Assembly: GCA_031366795.1 (NCBI GenBank)
Contig: JANLOX010000208.1
Location: 1 to 37,538, forward strand
Origin: Candidatus Eiseniibacteriota bacterium
GTDB taxonomy: Bacteria > Eisenbacteria > RBG-16-71-46
DNA: 37,538 nucleotides
Direction: 5' to 3'
The notes under the pieces are model-generated. The model ran no database searches. It saw only the letters and a list, made by a program, of their open reading frames with translations, and was not told the origin of the DNA. This document shows positions 31,573 to 37,538 of this stretch, in pieces. The stretch's first letter is position 1, and each line of letters starts with the position of its first letter. The position numbers were made by a program, and so were the translations under genes.

Positions 31573-31593
31573 GCGCATGCGGGCAAGCGCAGG

Positions 31594-31619
31594 AAAAAAC
31601 CTCCCCGCATCGGAAGGTC
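31594..31619 (-). terminator. Intrinsic terminator of the lipoprotein gene
   Basis: ACCTTCC-GATGCG-GGGAGGT followed by a T run on the minus strand. Confidence 0.65.
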
Positions 31620-31646
31620 CGCGAATCCCGCAGCGCCCGCCGCAGC

Positions 31647-32117
31647 CTATTCGCTCGTCGTGTCGCGGTCCGCGGCCGCGTCGTCACCCGCTTCCGATTT
31701 GCCGCGCAAAGTTGTGCGCAGGTCCTTCGCCCAGCCTTCGGCATCCCCATCCTTGGGGCGCCATGTCCAACTGGCGTGCGACGAGACCACGGCGCTCGCC
31801 ACCGCGATGCGATCGTGGTCGCGGCGCACCTTGTAGCGCGAGCGGTTGAGTGGCGTGATCTCGAACAACACGCGATCATTCTTGTGGATCAGGAAGCCCT
31901 GGCGCGTCAGCACGATCGAGGCGACGCCTTCATCCCACTGCTTGCGAATCGCGCCCCGCGTGTAGCGGATCCGCGCGTCATCCTCGCGGCGCACGATGCC
32001 GTCCGCCTCGATCCGCTGGCGCATGGCGGCAGGCATGTTCGAGGTGCCGGCGGAGCAGCCAGAAAGCAGCAACGCCAGCGCGACGGCTCTCGTGATTCGC
32101 GTGATCGAGACACCCAA
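31647..32117 (-). CDS. Hypothetical lipoprotein
   Basis: TTG start after GAGGAGGAG; signal peptide with lipobox LLSGC; own terminator. Confidence 0.65.
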   Translation of the reverse strand: MGVSITRITRAVALALLLSGCSAGTSNMPAAMRQRIEADGIVRREDDARIRYTRGAIRKQWDEGVASIVLTRQGFLIHKNDRVLFEITPLNRSRYKVRRDHDRIAVASAVVSSHASWTWRPKDGDAEGWAKDLRTTLRGKSEAGDDAAADRDTTSE

Positions 32118-32411
32118 GCCAGCTCCTCCTCGGTGCAACACTCCTGCCCCTCGCGCCTGCGCACGCCCCGTCCCTATTGCCCGGACCTGGGGCGGCCCCC
32201 GCGGCACACCAACTGAGCGCTCCATGCCGGGGTAGGGAGCCTATCCCACGGCGCGCTCGGGCGGCCACTCAGAATCGAACAACCGCTCGCCCGTCGTGAA
32301 GTACTACAATACTGGAAACCCTTGCGGTTCGGCCCCGAGGTCCCCATGCGAATCCTGAGCACGCACGAACTGACACCCCGCCGCACGTTTCCGCACATCG
32401 GCCGTGCGAGC

Positions 32412-35400
32412 ATGCAGACTCGGAGTCACCTGCTGGCCGCCGGGCTCGTCGCTGCCCTCGCGCTGTCGTGTGCGGTGCAGGCGGACGCTGCGCCTGCGGT
32501 GAGGCACGCGACCCAGGCTGCCAGCTCAACCGCAGCCGCGATCCCCACCTCGATAACGATCACATTGCAGCCCGAACTGGCGCGCTACGGAACGCCGCTC
32601 GCAATCGCGGCGAAGCTGTTCGCGAACGGCACACCGGTCAGCGGACCGCACGGACCCATAAATTGGTTTCTCGACGGCGCAGCGGTGGGCAACACCCCGA
32701 TCATCGGGTCCACCGCGACGCTGATCGAGAACAGCTTGGCCCTCGGTGACCACGTCGTGCGCGCCGTGTTCGCGGGCGATACGTCATTGGCAGCATCCGC
32801 AGACTCGATCGAATTCATCGTGAATCCCACGGCCACCACCATCACGATCACGCCCTCGCAATCTCCGGTGGTGGGCAAGGACGTGATCTTGAATTTCCAG
32901 GTGTTGCCGCCGGACGCGACGGGCTCGCTCAACATCGGCGTCGCGAATCCCCGCTTTGTCCCGCTGAACTCCAGTGGCTCGGCCGCCGTGGCCTATCATT
33001 CGCCCAGCTTTGGGAAGCGCGGCATTGTCGCCAACTACCCGGGTGACGCCACGCATGCTCCCGCGGCGGCCGCGATCGATCTCGTGTTCGGGCTCGGCAC
33101 CCCCACGCTGACCCTGCGCAGCAGCGTGACACCGGCGCCTCGCGGCCAGTCGGTGACCCTGACCGCGGCGATGAATCCGGACAGCCTCCCGGGCACCATT
33201 CACTTCTTCGACCAGGACGGAGCGATCGGCGATGCGACGCTCGTCCACGGCATCGCCTCGATCAACTACCCGGTCCCATTCACCGGACCGCGTCTGCTGC
33301 GCGCCGTGTTCCAATCGGACACCAACTCCGTCTGGCAGGGCAGCACCGCGCTGTTGACGCTGCCGGTGACGCTGCCGCGACCCACGGGCCTCGCGTTGGT
33401 GTCGAGTGCCAACCCGCTGCTGCTGGGCGAGACGACGCGGCTGACCGCGACGATCACTCCATCGAACGTGTCAGGAAGCGTGCGCTTCTTGGGCGACGGG
33501 ACCGAACTGGCGACCGTCGCGGTGTCGAACGGCATTGCGATCTTTGACTACCGTCCCACCGCGTGTTGCTCGCACGGCATCGTGGCCAGTTACTCGGGCG
33601 ACTCCACGTTTTCCGGCTCCGGCGCGAGCCTCACGCAACTCACGGTGCAGCCGGCGAGCGTGACGATCCTGCTCACCACCGACCCGGCTCGCCCCGAATA
33701 CGGCACCCCGCTGACGATTCGCGCCACGCTGCTCACCGGCGGCGTGCCGGTTCCAGGTATGCGTGGCGTGACGAACTGGTTGATGGATGGTGTGGCGGCG
33801 GGCAGCACGCCCATCGTCAACGGTCTCGCCACGCTGCGTGCAGACAGCCTTCCGATTGCCGGCCACACGGTGCAGGCCAACTTCCCCGGCGACTCGTTGC
33901 TGGCGGCGGCATCGCAGACATTGGTGTTCACCCAGCACGCGATCGCCACGCACATCACGATCACCCCGGCTCAAAGTCCCGTGCTCGGCCGCGATGTGAG
34001 CCTGCGATTCCAGGTATCTCCGGCGGGAGTCACGGGGACACTCGACATCAACGTCGCCAACCCCGTTCGCGTGCCGCTCGGCCCCGACGGCTCGGTGACG
34101 ATCAGTTATCACGCGCCCGTGCTCGGGACTCGTGGCATCACCGCCCAGTACTCAGGCGACGCGACGCACGAATCCAGCGTCGCCTCGCTCGATCTCGAAT
34201 TCCGCGGCGCGATCACGTCATTGAGTCTCAGCAGCAGCGCCTCGCCCGCGCCGCGTGGGCGCCCTGTGCTGTTGAGCGCAACGATCTCGCCGCCGGGGGT
34301 GACGGGCTTCATCCACTTCTTCGACGCCGACGTCGCCCTGGCGGATGCGCCACTGGTGGGAGGAGTCGCGACGCTCAGCTACAACGTGCCCTACTCAGGA
34401 ACCCGCCCGCTGCGCGCGACGTTCGACCCTGATTCGTTGTGGCAGGGCGCGAGCGCACAACTGACGCTGCCCATCGTGCCGCCCGCTGCCAGCACGGTCC
34501 AATTGACGGCGGACGCCAATCCGGTGTTGCTGGGGGCGCTGACGCACCTGAGCGCTGCGATGACCCCGGCGACGGCGTCCGGGAGCGTGGACTTCTTCTC
34601 CGACCACCAATTGATCGCGACAAACGCGATCGTGGCGGGGGTCGCGCGGTGCGACTACCGGCCGCTGACCTGCTGCTCGCACAATCTCGAAGCGGTGTTC
34701 TCGGGTGACTCGGCACTCGCGGCAGCCTCCGCACAGTTGACCTTGGTCACCATCGATGCCGGCGTGGTCTCGATTGTCATGAGCAGCACCCCCGCGCTCC
34801 CGGAGATCGGCACGCCGCTGACGATTCGCGCCGCCTTGCGCTCGCACGATACGCCGGTACCGGGATCCCATGGCAACATGACATGGACCTTGGACGGCGT
34901 CTCGGCAGGCGCGACCCCGATCACCGATGGCGTCGCGACGCTCCTGTTGAGCAACCTCGCCCTTGGCAACCACGAGGTCGTCGCGGAGTTCCCCGGCGAC
35001 GCGCAACTCGTCCCCGCGGTGCAGTCCCTCGCATTCATCCAGAACGGCATCATCACGCACCTGACGATCACGCCCACCTTGCTGCAGGGGGCAGGCAACT
35101 TTTCGCTGCGCTTCCAGTTGTTCCCCATCGGGACGACGGGGACCATCGACGTCAACATCGAAAACCCGCGGACGATCGCATTGGGCCCGGACGGTTCGGC
35201 CACCCGGACTTATCACGCGCCCACGATCGGCGTGCGCGGCATCATCGCCAACTATGCGGGGGACGCGACGCACGAGCCGTGCGCGGCCGGCGTCAATGTC
35301 TTCTCCACGGGCCCGGCGACCACGCTGGCACTTTCCAGTAGTGCCAACCCCGCACCGCGTGGCCGCCCGGTGACGCTCACGGCCGCAATCACGCCATCCT

Positions 35401-37379
35401 ATGTGACCGGACTGGTGCACTTCGCGGACCAGGACCGCAGCATCGGCGATGCGCCGCTGGTCAATGGGATCGCAACGTTGCCTTACAACGCGCCCTACAC
35501 GGGTCCGCGCTTGATCCGCGCGACGTTCGACTCCGACTCAATCTGGACTGGGAGCAGCGCCCAGTTGTCGCTGCCGCTCACGCCTGCGCCTCCCAGCTCG
35601 ATCGCGCTCACAACGAGCAAGCATCCGGCGGCAGTCGGGGACACGGTGGTACTCACCGCGAGCCTCAATCCGCTCTCCGCTACGGGCAGCGTGCAATTTT
35701 CAGAGGACGGCAATCCCCTCGGCTCCGCTCTGCTCATCAGCGGTACGGCGCGCATCAACTATTTCCCGAGATCCTGCTGCTCGCACGATATCGCCGCCAG
35801 CTACGCGGGCGACTCCAGCCTCACGGGATCGGTTGCTCACATTACCCAGTCCATCCTGGACACGCGCCGTGCCAGCAACGTGGCGCTGGTTTCGAGCCAG
35901 AACCCGGCGCCGCTCGGCACGAGCGTGCGCCTCACCGCGACGATCACGCCGAGCAATGCGACCGGGAACGTGATATTCCGCGAGGACGGCCGCACGTTGG
36001 GATCTTCGCGGGTCGTGGCTAGAGTGGCGGAAATCGATTACCTCGCGAGTACCTGTTGCTCGCATGAGATCACCGCCACTTACAGCGGAGACACGCTGAC
36101 CGCTCCGAGCGTCGCCTCGTTCACGCAGGTGCTGATCGGCTTCTCGACCACCACGCTCAGCCTGGGGACCGATATCAACCCTGTGGCGCGCGGGCAGAGC
36201 ATCCTGCTCACCGCGCGGATCACCCCGGTGCAGGCCCCGGGCAGCATCAGGTTCTACGCTGGCGCGACGGAGCTGCCCGCTGCGCCGCTCATCAACGGCG
36301 TCGCCAGCATGGGCTACCAGGTCCCGGCCAATCTGGGATTGGACGTGCCGACGATCTCATTCCGCGCACTCTACGACGGCACCTCGGCGTACTCGAACTC
36401 CAGCGCCTCGTTTGACGAGACCATTCGCCCGGGGCAGCCCGCCGGGGTCACGATCACCTCGAACTCCAACCCGTCCACCATCCACGAGTGGATCACCCTT
36501 ACCGCGACCATTGATCCCCCCCCGTCCAACGGCAGCGTGAGTTTCTACGAAGGCAATAGGCCACTGGGGTTCGGCACTGTGACCAACGGCGCAGCCAGCG
36601 TCATGACCAATGCGCTGGCGATCGGCGCTCACAGCATCGTCGCCCAGTTTAATGGTGGCGGTGGCTATCTTCCCACCAACTCCGCGCCCTACCTTCAAGT
36701 GGTAAACGGCTTCAACGATCCGCGCATGGTCATGACCAGCCCCGCCGCCGGTGAGGAGCTGCAGGTGGGCGCCCCGGCGACGATCCGCTGGACGGTCATC
36801 GGCGATACGCCCGTGGACAAGGTGTGGATCTGGGTCTCGCGCCAGCTCGCACCGCCCATCTGGATCCCCATCGCGATCGATGTCCCGAATTCCGGCTCCT
36901 ACACCTGGACCGTCGAGGGCCCGGGCACCAACTCGGGCGCCACGCGCAATTTCTCTTGCCGGGTTTCGGTGATGGACATGTCGGGCAACATGGGGGCGAC
37001 AACCAGCGGCGCCTTCGCCATCACCGATCCCGCCACCTCGAGCCCCGGCGGTGTCGCCGCGGGCGAATCGTTGCTGACGTTCAGCGGCATCCCGGCGTCG
37101 TTCGCGATCGTGCGCACCTGGCCCAACCCTGCTCCCGGCAGCGTCAACGTGGACTTCACGGTGCCGTACGCAGCACCGGTCCGCCTGAGCATCCTTGACC
37201 TGCAGGGTCGCGAAGTCGCGGTGCTGGCGGATGGGCTGCAGAGCGCGGGCACCCATCGCGCCCGCTGGAACGGCCTCGTGGACGGCCGCCGCGCGGGCGC
37301 GGGACTCTACTTCGTCCGCTATCGCGTGCCCGGCAAGGTACTGGCGTCACGGATCTCGGTGCTCGGGCGTAGCGAGTAG
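32412..37379 (+). CDS. Large secreted protein with ~15 bacterial Ig-like (Big_3-like) repeats and a C-terminal FlgD-Ig/T9SS-like domain
   Basis: Signal peptide MQTRSHLLAAGLVAALALSCAVQADA; ~90-aa repeats (SSxNP..G..V.LTA...G.V.F...GxA......A.Y.GD); C-terminal WPNPAPG...LDLQGREV...WNG...AGLYFVRY. TACAAT -10 at 32305-32310. Confidence 0.88.
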   Translation: MQTRSHLLAAGLVAALALSCAVQADAAPAVRHATQAASSTAAAIPTSITITLQPELARYGTPLAIAAKLFANGTPVSGPHGPINWFLDGAAVGNTPIIGSTATLIENSLALGDHVVRAVFAGDTSLAASADSIEFIVNPTATTITITPSQSPVVGKDVILNFQVLPPDATGSLNIGVANPRFVPLNSSGSAAVAYHSPSFGKRGIVANYPGDATHAPAAAAIDLVFGLGTPTLTLRSSVTPAPRGQSVTLTAAMNPDSLPGTIHFFDQDGAIGDATLVHGIASINYPVPFTGPRLLRAVFQSDTNSVWQGSTALLTLPVTLPRPTGLALVSSANPLLLGETTRLTATITPSNVSGSVRFLGDGTELATVAVSNGIAIFDYRPTACCSHGIVASYSGDSTFSGSGASLTQLTVQPASVTILLTTDPARPEYGTPLTIRATLLTGGVPVPGMRGVTNWLMDGVAAGSTPIVNGLATLRADSLPIAGHTVQANFPGDSLLAAASQTLVFTQHAIATHITITPAQSPVLGRDVSLRFQVSPAGVTGTLDINVANPVRVPLGPDGSVTISYHAPVLGTRGITAQYSGDATHESSVASLDLEFRGAITSLSLSSSASPAPRGRPVLLSATISPPGVTGFIHFFDADVALADAPLVGGVATLSYNVPYSGTRPLRATFDPDSLWQGASAQLTLPIVPPAASTVQLTADANPVLLGALTHLSAAMTPATASGSVDFFSDHQLIATNAIVAGVARCDYRPLTCCSHNLEAVFSGDSALAAASAQLTLVTIDAGVVSIVMSSTPALPEIGTPLTIRAALRSHDTPVPGSHGNMTWTLDGVSAGATPITDGVATLLLSNLALGNHEVVAEFPGDAQLVPAVQSLAFIQNGIITHLTITPTLLQGAGNFSLRFQLFPIGTTGTIDVNIENPRTIALGPDGSATRTYHAPTIGVRGIIANYAGDATHEPCAAGVNVFSTGPATTLALSSSANPAPRGRPVTLTAAITPSYVTGLVHFADQDRSIGDAPLVNGIATLPYNAPYTGPRLIRATFDSDSIWTGSSAQLSLPLTPAPPSSIALTTSKHPAAVGDTVVLTASLNPLSATGSVQFSEDGNPLGSALLISGTARINYFPRSCCSHDIAASYAGDSSLTGSVAHITQSILDTRRASNVALVSSQNPAPLGTSVRLTATITPSNATGNVIFREDGRTLGSSRVVARVAEIDYLASTCCSHEITATYSGDTLTAPSVASFTQVLIGFSTTTLSLGTDINPVARGQSILLTARITPVQAPGSIRFYAGATELPAAPLINGVASMGYQVPANLGLDVPTISFRALYDGTSAYSNSSASFDETIRPGQPAGVTITSNSNPSTIHEWITLTATIDPPPSNGSVSFYEGNRPLGFGTVTNGAASVMTNALAIGAHSIVAQFNGGGGYLPTNSAPYLQVVNGFNDPRMVMTSPAAGEELQVGAPATIRWTVIGDTPVDKVWIWVSRQLAPPIWIPIAIDVPNSGSYTWTVEGPGTNSGATRNFSCRVSVMDMSGNMGATTSGAFAITDPATSSPGGVAAGESLLTFSGIPASFAIVRTWPNPAPGSVNVDFTVPYAAPVRLSILDLQGREVAVLADGLQSAGTHRARWNGLVDGRRAGAGLYFVRYRVPGKVLASRISVLGRSE

Positions 37380-37398
37380 TCCCAGGAGTCGAGCACCA

Positions 37399-37538
37399 AT
37401 CGGGATAGGGGGTAGCGGGCTCGTCCCGCTATGCCCCTCCCACCCCACCGGACAGGCGGGTCCGCATCCGGCGGTTCGATGGTTCAACGACGGGCAAGGC
37501 GCGGAACGCCGAGCCGGTCGAAGTACGAAGTAGGCAGG
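37399..37538 (-). mobile_element. Group IIC intron, 3' end (domains V and VI), continuing beyond the window
   Basis: Minus strand reads GAACCGCCGGATGCGGACCCGCCTGTCCGGTGGGGTG (short domain V, CGC triad), then GGAGGGGCATAGCGGGACGAGCCCGCTACCCCCTATCCCGAT (domain VI, bulged A at 37406, terminal AT at 37399). Confidence 0.9.
37484..37537 (-). CDS. C-terminus of a group II intron reverse transcriptase/maturase (partial)
   Basis: LPTSYFDRLGVPRLARR* ends a few bases before domain V and resembles the YFxxLG(L/V)PxL end of class C intron-encoded proteins, which lack an endonuclease domain. Confidence 0.8.
   Translation of the reverse strand: MPTSYFDRLGVPRLARR

Noticed and set aside
29775..32216. 813-aa plus-strand ORF
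   Set aside because: Mirror frame of the Ser/Thr kinase and lipoprotein genes; no domain signal.
32311..32411. Riboswitch in the leader of the Ig-repeat gene
   Set aside because: No recognisable aptamer consensus or expression platform.

Overview
High-GC bacterial chromosomal window. The large secreted protein with a C-terminal FlgD-Ig/T9SS-like domain and the Hanks kinase-TPR protein suggest Candidatus Eisenbacteria or a related lineage (inference). Left: the start of an alternative complex III operon (actA-actB-actC, minus strand, actC cut by the window edge), an M48 lipoprotein peptidase and a rhodanese. Centre: a central-carbon cluster (glk, tkt, pckG, tal, pgi, gnd-zwf-pgl, osmC-fumC-PLP dehydratase), a LolA-like/TlpA fusion and an orphan, very basic IS3-OrfA-like HTH protein. 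Right: a soluble PAS-HisKA-HATPase-REC-REC-HPt hybrid kinase with a degenerate G1 box, a DUF3592-like membrane protein, an alpha/beta hydrolase, a NYN-domain protein, a Ser/Thr kinase-TPR, a lipoprotein and a ~1650-aa Ig-repeat protein carrying four CCSH motifs. The last 140 bp hold the 3' end of a group IIC intron (RT/maturase C-terminus, domains V and VI) on the minus strand, which the ORF track misses. Several genes appear to be leaderless. No clear new multi-gene system is demonstrated. The best candidates for novelty are the CCSH Ig-repeat protein, the orphan HTH, the FS0-retaining ActB and the possible pseudokinase.
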